Of a stretch of DNA of 64,000 bases, positions 11,540 to 24,349 are shown in pieces. Below the pieces are notes generated by a model. It saw only the letters and a list, made by a program, of their open reading frames with translations. It was not told where the DNA came from and ran no database searches. The stretch is from Hemiscyllium ocellatum (taxonomy: Eukaryota), in assembly GCF_020745735.1 (NCBI RefSeq), contig NC_083405.1:67422345-67486344 (forward strand), read 5' to 3'. Numbering within the stretch: position 1 is the stretch's first letter; each line of letters starts with the position of its first letter. The position numbers and the translations under genes were made by a program.

Positions 11540-12380
11540 AGGACTGACAATGTCATTCTGGTAAACATCAAGAACACAGCTGCCCTGGAGTTTTATGCCA
11601 GTAGCTTATTTCCAAATCAAAACTGGAAACCTGTGTGTTATCTCTCAATCCTTAAGCAACCAATTAACCTGGAATGCTATTGTTGCCAGTTTCTCCAGAG
11701 AACAGCTTTTAATATCCTTCCTTCATAATAGAGAGAATCATATAGTTTAGGCAGTGCAATTCTCCATCATCACTACTTTCCCCAGGTGCAAGGCACTATA
11801 GACTGCTTTGAGAACACCCTACCACCTGAAAAGGTCCTTGATCCATCAATTATTAAATTATATGTGTTCATTAATGCCAAGATAAGGAGGCCTGCACCAA
11901 AATGCCTGAGAACTGCCATGGCTTTTACACGTTATAAAATTCACCAGTTCCTATGTCCTTCCAAGGTCCTCAAACTAGATAGGGATGCCTGCTGGGAGAC
12001 AAGCGTTACTTCCTCCAAACATGGTTCATGTTACCTTTACAAAATCCTCAGACCAACAGTGAAGAAGTTACAACATTGTTCACTTTCCAGGGCCACAATG
12101 GAACAGACAATAGGACATCTTAAAATAAGAATTCAATACCTGGACCACTTCAGTTTAGCAATATTGCCCAGAAAGATATTACTGGCATACTGTACCCTTC
12201 ACAATCATAGAGGAGAAGAAATGAATGCTGACAAAATGGGGGAATTATAACAATCTTCTGACTAGGAAGATAAAGTTGAGGATCAGGACATTAGCCAAGA
12301 GGGCTGTCTAAGAAAGCAGGACAGAACAAAGCATCCACAAGGCCAGAGATGATCTAACTGAAACCTGCTTCTAGGATAAA
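11540..12380 (+). mobile_element. Degenerate PIF/Harbinger transposase
   Basis: Motifs FPQVQGTIDC, LLGDKRYFLQTW, RATMEQTIGHLKIRIQYLDH and CTLHN are present. Confidence 0.85.
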
Positions 12381-13514
12381 TGAACTGGATTTGAACTTCT
12401 GTTTAATGGTACAACATTTTTTTGAAAAAATGGCAAGCAGGCCCAGAGTGGTGTAAAGAACATGCGGACCTTATTATTTTTGCAGTCTTTGACCTTTTAT
12501 AGTGCCAAATAAATGTCTTATTATCCTTCTGATTCAACACGTGACACTTTACTTTCCTACTGATACTACTTCCAATTATCTCCTCATGGAATGCCTACTG
12601 ACCATTGGGGATTAAAACAGAAGTCAGTGAGACAGTAGGTTAATATTGCAAATTGCTAAGATTAGGTAACTATCACATACTTGTCAGAATATCATACCAA
12701 AGTGTTGCGCCCCAAAATCTCTCATGATAGAAAGCAAGTTGGGCAGAATCCTTTAGAATCTCCTTTTGACACCCTCCATCACAGGTCAGTCTTTAACCTT
12801 TCAAAATGCACCTGAACTGCTATACTGCCCTGAAGTTCTTAGACATTTAAGCTGAAAGAGGCAGTGGTTTGTGTAGCTTTTCTTGGCAGACCATTGCATT
12901 ATAGAGCAGAGTGGGCATGTGAGCGCCCATTGTATATCTCCAAGCTTTGAATGACAGTATGTTTCCTTGAAAAGCTGACATACAGAATTAACCTTTCTTT
13001 GCAGAAGTGCGTGGAATCATCACTGAATCCATAAGTGTGAAATTAAATGTGCCAACCATGGTCTAACATATTTCCTGCATAATTTTAGCCTGCATCTGGA
13101 CAGAAGATTCTCAGCGAACCAAAGGCTTCAAGGGACACCCGCATACACTCTCCAAACCACAGGACTACGACAGAAAGTTTTTAGCCTTCATGTTGTTTAC
13201 ATTGAAATGCATTGCCTTGGTTCAACATCATGGTTCAAAGTTCCCTGAGGCCATATGCAGTCAAGGAACTGGTTGGTAGTGAGAAATGAGCAATGCTTAG
13301 CAATTGCAACTTCTTTCATCCTTGGAATGGTCTGAACAGGCTGCTTATCTCTCACAGGGATTTGACTTAACCAGCATAATAGTGAAAATTACATAACCAC
13401 AGACATTTTAACAGTGCAAATATGTTGACAAAAATGAAAGATTATTCACAATTAAGTTGCATCCATGCCACCTATGTGCCCTCAGCAAGTTTTCTTCTTG
13501 TCAGCTGCCACTAG

Positions 13515-13836
13515 TGGGTGGCACAGTGGTTAACACTGCTGCCTCACAGCGCCAGAGACCCGGGTTCAATTCCTAAGGCGACTGACTGTGTGGAGTTTGC
13601 CCATTCTCCCCATGTCTGCATGGGTTTCCTCTGGGTGCTCCGGTTTCCTCCCACAATCCAAAAAATGTGCAGGTTAGGTGAAGTGGCCATGCTAAACTGC
13701 CCGTAGTGTTAGGTGAAGGGGTAAATGTAAATGTAAATGGGTCTGGGTGGGTTGCGCTTCGGCAGGTCGGTGTGGACTTGTTGGGTCGAAGGGCCTGTTT
13801 CGACACTGTCTAATCTAATCTAATCTAATCTAATCT
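13515..13836 (+). mobile_element. HE1-type V-SINE, near full length
   Basis: It has A and B boxes, the V-domain, and the tail gggcctgtttcgacactg followed by (TAATC)n. Confidence 0.95.
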
Positions 13837-13919
13837 ATATTATATCTAAGTGCAATTGTGATGTCCACAGCTGGACTGGAGAAAGCCTACTGTGTCTTGG
13901 TGGTAAACAAAAAAACCAA

Positions 13920-14045
13920 AAACCACAAATGCTCAAAATCAGAAACAAAACCAGAAATTGCTGCAAAAAACAGCAGATCTGGCAGAATCTGTGCAGAGAT
14001 GGCAGAGTTAACATTTCGAGTCCGGTGACTTTTTTTCAGAACTGG
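13920..14045 (-). mobile_element. Penelope terminal remnant (family D)
   Basis: The reverse complement gttCTGAAAAaagtcaccggactcGAAAtgtt is a degenerate HHR. Relatives occur at 29430-29640 and 35975-36200. Confidence 0.65.
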
Positions 14046-14429
14046 CAATTTTGCCAGTCCTAACTATTCAATTCAAGGACAGTTAGGACTCAGCACTAAA
14101 TGTCCACATCCTATTAAATAATTTAAAAATTTAAGTTTCACCTTTCATCCCTCCTCAGTAAAAATGTCCCAGCAGCAAAGAAGAGCATGCAATGCCAGTT
14201 GGGTATTTTCACCACTCCAACCCACATCTATATCTAGTTTCAACAAAATCTAAAAATTCAGTCCAGTGTTTGTATTCATAAATCTTCATCTGACTTTTCC
14301 CTTTTTATAATTTCGTAGGTCTTCTATGCATTTTCAGCAACTTTTGTTTTCATTTCTTGGTAAACTTTGTTTTTTAGGACAGTCCTTCCAAACATTCCTG
14401 GTCTATCGATATTTTTACATAAATACAGT

Positions 14430-14625
14430 TTGTCAGTGTTGGTTCAGTGGAGGACTCACAGCTCTGAGTCAAACGATTGTGGTTAAATACCACTCTAGAC
14501 TGAAGTGCATTAATAAACATTGCTATGATATTGGGGGTCTGAGAAGTACTGCACTGCAGAAGGTTCTGACTTTCAGCTGTGATATTTGAGGCCTCCTGTA
14601 GCCTCTCAGGTGGACATAAAATAAA
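14430..14625 (+). mobile_element. Ancient DeuSINE-type SINE
   Basis: It has a decayed tRNA head and a Deu-like core gaggcctcctgtagcctctcaggtggacataaaa. Confidence 0.55.
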
Positions 14626-15807
14626 CATTACAAGTGGGAGATGCAGAGCCACAAGCAGAAGCGATAACCTTCAAATGAGAATTCTGGTTGCATGCTCATC
14701 TAAATTTGCATGCCACCTTTCTTAATGTTTATTGGTGCTAGCTCTACAAGTGTGGCTTCTAATTGATGGAGAGCATTGTTGATTTCTGACATCATTCAGG
14801 TGATTTCCTCTTGCCAGTGGGAAGGATTTCTGCTTATGCAGGAGCCTCACAGCACACTGCTTAACAGTTGGTACGTGCGTGGCATTCTAATTGCCAGACA
14901 GCAGCAAAAGATGATTTTTCTAAACTGCTAGTAAATGAAATGTGACGGTCAGGACTTAGGACATAGAGAGTATATAGGGAGATGCTGATTCTATATGAAA
15001 GCCAGGAAAGTTGAAAGTCTGTACATTCAAGCAATTTGAATAAAACTGTGACTGGGACATATAATGCAAAACTGAATAAAAGTACATCTCATCCCTGCAG
15101 CTAAGGAGAAGGGAAGCATGCGAAACTTGATCAAGTAAAGAGGGTCATCATAACTGAGAATGTAGCAAACTTTAATGATAACCTGACTGTAAACTGGATT
15201 TATTTACATTTGCCTGTTTGAAATTTTTATTTAAATTAGAATGGATAAAATATTGCTAGACCTATTAAAGTCACCTCAGCTTTCAGTAACAGTCTTTACT
15301 TTGTAACTGTGCAGTAGCAGTTCAATATTGTCCATACCAGATCTCAGCCCAAAGAATAAAACAATCTGATTCCTTCCACCAATGTCAATGTGAAACAATT
15401 TCCTAAATAGGGTCAGCAAAGAGCTAATTATTTTGGTGCAAAAAAGGAAGTACTCTCTGTACTTTTATCTGTTATCTGGTATTCTTACTTCATAAAGATA
15501 ACTCGCCTCCAATGGAGTATTTTCAGATGGAAGCAGCATATCTTTCTGATATTTAAATTTCATTCCTGATGAATAAAGCATTTGGCAAAGAAATGTAATT
15601 GTATTTTGTTTTAAAAAAAAGCTGTCTGTAGCTTCTCCCAAAAGATATGAGGATATTGGCTTAAAAAGAATCCATCTGTACTAGATATAGATTTGTTTTA
15701 GCATTTTCAGACTTCTGGAGCTTCATGTAGGCCTTTCAAATTCCACTACAAAATAAAGAAGGGGGCCTATACTAGATACAGGTAAGTACAATACTTAAGA
15801 GTATGTT

Positions 15808-16165
15808 CTAATTAATAGAGGTATATAAAATCATAAGGGGCATGGATAGGACAAATAGACAAGGTCTTTTCCCTGGGGTGGGGGAGTTTAGAACGAGAGG
15901 ACATAGGTTTAGGATGAGATAAAAAAGGGATTTAAGGGGCAACGTTTTCACACAGAGAATGGAATGGAATGAGCTGCCAGAGGAAGTGATGAAGGCTGGT
16001 ATAATTATACCATGTAAAAGGCATCTGAATGGGGATATGAATAGGAAGGGTTTCGAGAGACATGGACCAAGTGCTGGCAAATAGGACTAGATTAGGTTAG
16101 GATATCTGGTAGGCATGGACGAGTTGGACTGAAGCTTTCCGTGATGTACATCTCTATGACTCTAA
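15808..16165 (+). mobile_element. CR1 3' end
   Basis: It reads LIEVYKIIRGMDR followed by a CR1 3' UTR ending ctctatgactcta. Confidence 0.9.
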
Positions 16166-16378
16166 GAGAATCATTTTTACATTCAGCAATAAAATGTTAA
16201 ATATTTGAAATGTCAACTTTCAATTTTAACTGCGGTAATTAAACAAGTTTTATTGTAATTCAATAATTTAAAAATAAAATGCTAATGTTTGCAACAAATG
16301 CTCAAAACGTTCAACTGTAAGAAAAGCCAATAAAGTTGTCGCAGCAAGAACAATATACATCATTGACACTCTTCCTAC

Positions 16379-16498
16379 CTTTTTCAGTTTTGTAATTCCA
16401 CTGTGTGCTCTAATTGATGCCAAAAGTGCAGAGTGTTCATTCTCTGGTGCAATAAGTGATTCTTTTTTAAGGTTACTGTTTATCACTGTATCAGAAAT
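16379..16498 (-). CDS. COBL: Cordon-bleu family exon (120 nt) encoding WH2 domain 2
   Basis: Splice sites are tttttgccag|ATT ... AAG|gtagga, phase 0/0, after a 119-nt intron. The translation ISDTVINSNLKKESLIAPENEHSALLASIRAHSGITKLKK resembles COBL ERSALLAAIRGHSG..SLRK. Confidence 0.9.
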
Positions 16499-16617
16499 CT
16501 GGCAAAAATAAGGCACAGAAATAGCACATTTGTCAGAAATGACATTTTGAAAACAGCTGGAATTTTCATGAAAAAAAATCTTTGAATCAGAACTAAACAA
16601 CCAAATGATATTTCTAC

Positions 16618-18626
16618 CTTTCTAAGCCGTTCTTTGTTTTGCCCTGATTGGATAGCTTCCATTAGAGAACTGTGTAAGCACTCATCTTTCTGTACAGGCT
16701 TCTGAACGATGGGTTTGAATTTCTTGACAGGCCCAAACATGTTGGTACTGGGTTTGATATTGAAACCATCTGTGTGAAAGGAAGGTGAAGGTTCTGACTG
16801 CATCACAAATACTGTTTCAGTTCCTGAAGAGGCGACAGTAGATATTGCAGGCAAGTCCGAGGCACATGAATCACCTTGTTTTATAGCAGTATCATGACTT
16901 TTAATAGAATCTGAAAATAAAGTTGAAATTGGATTGATTGCAAAAGTCACGGATGCACTAACTGACTGATTAATTGGAACACTGGAAGTCACGACTTCTT
17001 TCACAAAAGGTGAATGCACTTCACTTTGTGGAATCTGTTTATTTGCAGTGGGACATTGCTGGTCAGCAGAAAAGGCATTCTTTATGAGTAACTGGGAAGA
17101 TTGTGATTGTGATGTAACTTTGTTGAGGGAGTCTGTTTGATTTGACACATCTTTAATAATTGAATTCTGATATGGAACAGCTTTAGCTTCCTTATGTTTT
17201 GTCATTTTTTCAACATTTTCTGCGTTGGAATGGAGTGCAAACCCTGTCTTCTGTTGGTTTTCCATGAAACCTTTTTTTAAGAGATTCACAGAAGACTTCT
17301 CCTCAGCAGGTCTAAACTTACGTTTATCCTCAGAATTACTGTCATTTCCACTGTTACGCTGAACATTAGATTCATTCCCAGCTACAGTTTTTGTTAACTG
17401 CATGCTTGTGTAGCGGCAAATTGCTGAGGCAACATACTGACTTGATGTTCTTCTGCAGGGCTTGATAAAATTACTCTCTGCTCTAGGATAGGTACTCTCC
17501 AGTACACTTGCCATTTTTTGATTCAATGGCATAACTGACAAAAATGATTTTTCTTCATTGGAATGCAAGCAGGTTTTAAGTGACTTTTTACTGGCAGCTG
17601 TACTCTGTGCAGTAATTGCGTTAGATTTGGGGGATATATTTGTCAACTTTTTTGCTGTTTCTTGCAGTTGAAAATTACCAGCTGTGCAGCCAGTTGCATT
17701 TATTGCCATAGTTGTACTTGGGTTAGCACAATACAGATTATCCTTATCCAAACATTTTGCATTCCAGAACAGTTTTGCTTGTTCTAAACGTGATTTCTTG
17801 TCATTGGCTGCTGTAGTAGTATTTTTGTCTTTTTTTCCTCTGATTTCAACAAGTATTAAATTGCCTTGATCATCAATCTTCATTGCATTTGTGGCTAATG
17901 ACAAGCTTACTCTTCCCTTGGGATTTACAATTGGCTGTGGCGGGATAACTGTGAATGTTCTCATACCTGTTTTTGGAATACATTCATTAGTAAATTTATT
18001 GGCAGTATTTAACCACCTGGCTGATGTATGCTTGTGTTCTGGAGCATAATTTGCTGGTGAACAATCCGGACCCTGAATCAGATGTTCTGCATGGATTTTC
18101 TTCGTTATTTCAGCTTCTAAGGTTATTGGGTCAACCACCACTGGTGGAATGTTGTGCACATCTTTCTTACCATTTCCTCCAACCTGCATATCATACTTCA
18201 GTTCAGTTGCAGGCACAAACATTTTTAATTTATTTTCTCCTGATATTATCTCATCATGGACATCATTCATCTTTTCCTGTGAACTTTCCATTGTTTTTTT
18301 AATGGGCTCTTGTCTGATGTCTGTACAACTGAGAAAATTTACAGGATAGAATGTGTCAAATGAAACATCAGGTAATGACTGTTCTTGAATACTGATTACT
18401 GAAGTTTCAGTCATTGTTTCTGAGTGTGTTTGCTGATTTCTATCTGTATCGTGAACTTTTACTTCTGTAGATTCCAGTACTTCTTCCTGTAATATTTTCT
18501 CTTCAATTTCCTCCTGGCAAGTCCATGATATTTCATCAATGATCGTCACTGGGACAAATTCTTGTTCATCATTGATCATGTTAGACAAAGTGGAAGATTT
18601 TTTTATGGCCGATTCTTGCACAGCTG
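16618..18626 (-). CDS. COBL: Cordon-bleu family protein, large internal exon (2009 nt) ending in WH2 domain 1
   Basis: The 734-aa ORF carries motifs matching human COBL as I recall it: VPVTIIDEIS, GMRTFTVIPP, SLATNAMKIDDQGNL, FIKPCRRTSSQYVASAI and FGPVKKFKPIVQKPVQKDECLHSSLMEAIQSGQNKERLRK (WH2). Acceptor tttatttag|CA is phase 1 and donor AAG|gtagaa is phase 0. Exact orthology (COBL versus a paralog) is not resolved. Confidence 0.9.
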
Positions 18627-21600
18627 CTAAATAAATAACCAAAGGTTGCTTGTGAGTCTCAAAACATGTTCCTGTCTTATCACACATTTATCACTTATGT
18701 ATCCTCACTAGTTGTGAACTTCTCCCCACTCAATAAATAGTGTTATTGCTGCATTTTTATCATTTCAGTGATTTTAAACCTCAATTACTAACAAGTGCTT
18801 CGACATCACTGACACTTTGGTCAGTGAGAGAATCATGTTTAAAAAGTTAATCTAGGGATTTCCAGTATGGGTTGAGATATATAGAACTAGCCATGAGATA
18901 CTTTAAACTCATATTCAACCTGAGGCTTATCACTGTCAAACCTTGCATGATGTTCAATAAAATCTGAAGTCAAATTACAAACATAAAAGCAGGCCTGCAA
19001 TTACCAAAAATATTACATAAGTGATGCTGTAAATATGAAACTGAAACCTAAAATGCTGGAAATAATCAACACATCAATATGTGGAGAGAGTAAAACAGAG
19101 TAATAGCTCAAATTTAGTGTTTGTGCACAGAATGTTGGGAAGGCAACTGCAAGGGTGGTAGACTTCCAGTTCCCACTAGTGAGAAAGCTCGTCAGATCAA
19201 GCACCAATTAGGTACTTAAGTGCTGTCTGGAAAGCTTTGCATCCAATCAAGATCATCAGCATTGAAGTCTGACCCAAACTGAGGATACCAGTCAATCAGA
19301 AGTTGGCAGCACTGGTGAACTGAACAGCATCACTGGAATCCCTGGTGCTCATGACCATTTTTTTTGGAAGGGATGGATCCCACGGTGGGATCCTTGGTAC
19401 TTCTTCCTGTAATATTTTTCCTTCAGTTTCTTCCTCACAAGTCTATAACACTCTAAGGAAAATAGTGTGTCAGAGGCAATGGCAGGGGGTATGCTTTCAG
19501 CTGCCCCATCTTGCCACCCATATCTTATCCTGACTGCTCCCAGAATGGGACAAATGGAGACTAACCCCTAGCTCCAGAAGACAATCACATTGTTTTCCAT
19601 GTTGGGAAAGAAATTTTCTCACCTCCCAGATGGTAGGTAACTGGAAAGATGGTTAGTTTAGGCCATTAACTGGCCACTAACTGATCAATTAGAATACTCA
19701 TGCAGAACTAGTCGAGAACGTTACCAATGGACCCTCTCACCCAAACTTTACTTGCTTAAATGGTGGGAATGGGATGAGAATCTCCTGGAGACCCACATAC
19801 TCAGTTATTTGCTCTTCCTGCATCATTCCTTGCCACGCCAGGGCAGAGAAAATTTATGTCCAATATTTCATCTGGTGAAAGGTTATTGACCCACATGTTA
19901 ATTCTGTTTCTCTTCACAGATACTGCCTGACTTTTTTTGTATTTCCAGCATTTATTTCTTTTACTTCTAGCATGCATTATTTGTGCATCCAGTGAAAGTT
20001 AATCTCATTCGTTAATGTGCACTGGCGTTCCTATATTTTGATAAGGTCGACAAGCAGTACTGTTTCCTCAATGGAGGATTTTTAACTTGAAAAGCTCACC
20101 AATAGTTACTGCAAGTGCAAGATCATAGTTTTATACTAGGCAATGATAATTCATTACTGTGCCATTTTAATTATATTGTTGAAATAATCATTTATTTTTT
20201 TGCATGAAATTTATTTAATTATTTTCGAAGCATGTTAAATTTTGGGCAAATTAAATATGTTGCCTTCAACTGACTTGGTCAGTTTTACTACCCAACAGCT
20301 CTGCCAATAAGAGTTATGGACTCATACAGCGTGGAAACAGTCCAAACAGACCACACCAATCTAACCCAATATAAACTAGTCCCACCTGCCTATGCTTGGC
20401 CCATATCCCTCCAAACATTTCTTATTCATGAACTAATCTGAATGTCTTTTAAAATAATTAAAAATGAATCTAAATAACAATCTTCAACTACTGAAATGTA
20501 GTAACAGTAAGAAACCTGGAAGTAAATCTAAAAATAAGTCTGAATCTCAGGAGCAGCGACAAGATCCACACTATTCTCAGTCCAACATTTTAGAACGTTA
20601 GAGTTACGAAGAATGAGAGGTAGTCTCGCTGAAATATATATCTGAAGGGGTTTGACACTGAGGACTGGACCTCTGTGTAGGAAGGAGATGCCAAGGTCCT
20701 TTAAAATGGCAGATGGAATTTGAACCTCAAAGGCTCTCCACCAAATCCGGTATGTACCATTTTCATGGGTGGGGAAAGCAAGGTGCACTGCGAAGTGTAC
20801 AGGTGCAGCTTATGAATCAACTAGCTAATTTAAATTTGGTGCACAGGACTAACAGGCCCAATTTTCACTGCAGGAATAACTTCAACCCATGGTGTATGTC
20901 CTGTGACTTTATGGTGATGACGTAACTGTTTGCTCAAGGTAGATGTAGAACTATTAGTTGTCACATTATTGAAATCTCTTGGCTTTTACATTTTGAAAAC
21001 AACTGCTAGCCTATACAGTATATCTGAGTTTGACAAAATAGTTTAGGAATGACAAAAAAAATGTTAACATAACTCAAGGGCAGCTAGGGACAGGCCATAA
21101 ATGCTGGCCAGCCAGCGATGTCTCCATCCAACAAATGAGTTTTCAAAATTAAAGCTATGATTATCGCATTATAGTCATTGGACTGGTTCCAGAACCTATC
21201 ATTATTGGAAAGGATAGCTGTAAATTTACATCTTAACAACTTCAAGAGATAGCTATCTTTGATGTGGTGTTACAAATATATTTGGGGTCATGGATACAAT
21301 TGTTTTCAAGAAGTAATTCAACTCTTGGAGGGATTTAAAGGCATTTTATCGCTGCAAGTTGCTTTTGTTGAGAACTCTGCAACAGATTCGTAAAGCTTTA
21401 ATATCTTTCATGATAGCATGGCTCCTAAGATCTGTCCCTAGTGCAAACTGGGTACACTTCCATGGAGGGTGTAAGGACAAAGGATGGTGGGTGTGGACAT
21501 AATTCAGCATACATTAGCAATAAATTGGCATAGCAACAACAAGGGACCATGGGAGTGAGTGGGCATGTATTCATTCAAAGGAATGTGAATCTTTGGAACT

Positions 21601-22384
21601 ATCCACCCTATAAGCTTGTGATGAGAATCCAATGTTGAACACATTTAAGTCTGAAACAGAGTTTTGGTCTCTCAAAGCATCAAAAGAGATGTAAAATGGA
21701 CAAGAAAGTGGAATTGATCACCCATGATAATAAAGAATGATGAATTAAGCTTGGTGAGTTATATGGTCTACTCTTATTCCATTTTCTTATTCTCTTCAGT
21801 TCCAAAGGCCCAGTTCTATGTCAATGTGGTCACTCCTCATGTGTGATCCAAAATAATATTGGCAGCCTACTGCATTATCAGAGATACTATACCAAGCTGT
21901 CAGTCCTTTTGGATTTGATGTCAAAAGTCTCACAGTTTACACTTACACTTTCCTACAGGACTCATGCAGAATAAGATATGTGGCTGATAATACAACCCTT
22001 GCCCTCAGTGTTCTAGCGAAGGGCAAGTGATTCAAATTCTTGTGTTTTTCACACTTCCTTCATCACTGACATTACAAAATTTCTTATGCAGTTGATTGTA
22101 AACAAACAGGAGAGGTGTTTCTGTGACTTAGAATACCAATACTATGCTCCACAGTGTTGCTGCAACCAAAATGAAACCTTTAATCTTGAAGATGCAAGCA
22201 AATAAAAGTTGCACCAAATGCATAATCAACAGAACATTAATTACAAATGTAATGCATCAATCTAACAGTTTAATTTAAAAAACAAGTCCATATATATACA
22301 GTAGAGATTTCAATGGAGAGTATTACTTGAAGAACTTTTTTTTGGTTATTATTTCATTTAAAAGCTCAACAGAATTGTTCTTAC

Positions 22385-22473
22385 CGGCCAACTCTGCATC
22401 TAATCCTGCTAAGGTTATATGTGCCTGATCTGTAATGGAGATCTTAGCTTCTTCATTCCAGTTAGGTCCAGAG
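22385..22473 (-). CDS. COBL: Cordon-bleu family exon (89 nt)
   Basis: Splice sites are cacaag|C ... GCCG|gtaaga, phase 2 to 1, which fits both neighbours. The translation SGPNWNEEAKISITDQAHITLAGLDAELA resembles COBL [22 protein letters not shown]. Confidence 0.8.
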
Positions 22474-22974
22474 CTTGTGTGAATTTCAAAATGAAGTTAC
22501 ACAGGGTAAGAATTAGAAACACAAATGGAACTTTATTAAGTGTATAATTTGCTCCATCAGAGCAGTCTGCTTTTTAATGGTTGCTGTTACGTATTCTGCC
22601 ACTCATATGGCCAGTTGACAGACCGTTTGCCTTTTCTTAAAAATTCATCATTATAATTCCTTTCGGCCTTGCAACTATTTGTCATTTAATTTATCTTGGG
22701 GGTTAATGGCAGTCAATTTGCATGCGAAGGGAGCTCTATATCCAGTCAGAAGACTCCATGGGAAGCTCAAAGAAGCCAAGACTTATGGTCATATTATCTT
22801 ACCTATCAACTCTTCTTCTTTCAAGCTGTGTATTTCTAGCATTGTCTGCTTTTATTTTATGAAAAAATGCTTATTCAAATACATTGTCCTAATTCTAAAA
22901 TTTGCAAGTAAGTCTTGCTTGAATCCAGTCCCAGTTCTTTCATAGCCCTTCATTCTTTTAAGTCTAGTTGTGGA

Positions 22975-23995
22975 AATGTTTTGCCCGATAATGAGAAGGG
23001 CAGTGGACAGCACAGAAGATTACCTCAGAGTACAACAGGTATTTGATCAGATAAGCCATTGGGCCAATGAGTGACAGGTGGAGTTTACCCAATAAAAACT
23101 GGAGGTGTAATGGACAGAGAAGAAGGTTACCTCAGAGTACAATGGGATCTTGGTCAGATGGGCCAATGGGCCGAGGAGTGACAGATGGAGTTTAATTTAG
23201 ATAAATGTGAGGTGCTGCAGTTTGGAAAGGCAAATCAGGGCAGAACTTATACACTTAGGGGTAAAGTTCTGGAAAGTGTTGCTGAAGAAAGAGACCATGG
23301 AGTGCAGATTCATAGTTCCTTGAAAGTGGAGTCACAGGTAAATAGGATAGTGAAGAAAGTGTTTGGTATGCTTTTCTTTATTGGTCGGAGCATCAAGTAA
23401 ATGAGTTAGGAGGTCATGTTGCGGCTGTAAAAGACATTGGTTAGGGTACTTTTGGAATACGGTGTGCAGTTCTAGTCTCCTTCCTCTCGAAAAGATGTTG
23501 TGAAACTTGAAAGGATTCACAAAAGATTTAGAAGGATATTGCCAGAGTTGGAGGGTTTCAGCTATTGGGAGAGACTGAATAGGCTGGGAGTGTTTTTCCT
23601 GGAGAGTCGGAGGCTGAGGGGCGACCTTATAGACATTTAGAAAATCAAGAGAGACAAGAAAACAGTAAATATACAAGGTCTTTTCCTTGTGTTAGGGAGT
23701 CCAGAACAAGAGAGCATAGGTTTAGGATAAAAGGGGAAAAATTTAAAAGGGACCTAAACAACAACTGTTTCATGCAAAGGATGGTGCATGCATGGAATGA
23801 ACTGCCAGGACAAGTGATGGATTAATACAATTACAATATTTAAAAGGTATCCGAATGGGTATATGAATAGGAAGAGTTCAGAGGGATATGGACCAAGTGC
23901 GAGAAATGGGACTAGATTAGTTAAGGATATCTGGTCAGCATGGTCGAGTTGGACTGAAAGGTCCGTTTCCATGCTGTACATCTCTATGACTCTAT
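22975..23995 (+). mobile_element. CR1 3' portion with a duplicated 5' segment
   Basis: It reads MEFNLDKCEVLQFG, followed by the 3' UTR. The ttacctcagagtacaa block occurs twice. Confidence 0.9.
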
Positions 23996-24349
23996 CTCAT
24001 AAATAGCATTAAAACAGAATAACAAACTCTGTAAACGTGATAAGTGATTCCTACCAACTGTATCTAAAATAGTTACTGAACAAGTAACTCACACAGACTT
24101 GTAATTTAAACACACATTTCATAAAAGCTACTGAAATCTACAAATGAAAATTAAAAACAGCGACATTTAACTAGTGAAAATAACACAAAATCTCAGAGCT
24201 TATTAGCAACAGATATTACCACTGCAAAATTGCCTTTCATGCTTTAAATTCTTTGTGTAAAGAATTGACTGCAAAATATAAGCAAAATAATTGTGATTCT
24301 TCCTTGATGAAATGTCCAACTGCTGAAAAAGATGTATTTTGTCAAAATG

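Noticed and set aside
11786-12250. Domesticated HARBI1 gene
   Set aside because: The motifs are split across frames with stops, so it is a decayed transposon copy.
13515-13575. tRNA gene
   Set aside because: The A/B boxes belong to the SINE head and continue into the V-domain; the same holds for the other copies.
14880-15060. Possible solo LTR (TATA-like and AATAAA motifs)
   Set aside because: No convincing TG..CA termini with a TSD were found.
16483-18687. 734-aa ORF as a complete single-exon gene
   Set aside because: Both ends are intron read-through; splice sites define the exon as 18626-16618.
24219-24268. Extra COBL exon between the 26809 and 22473 exons
   Set aside because: It is open only in a phase incompatible with its neighbours.
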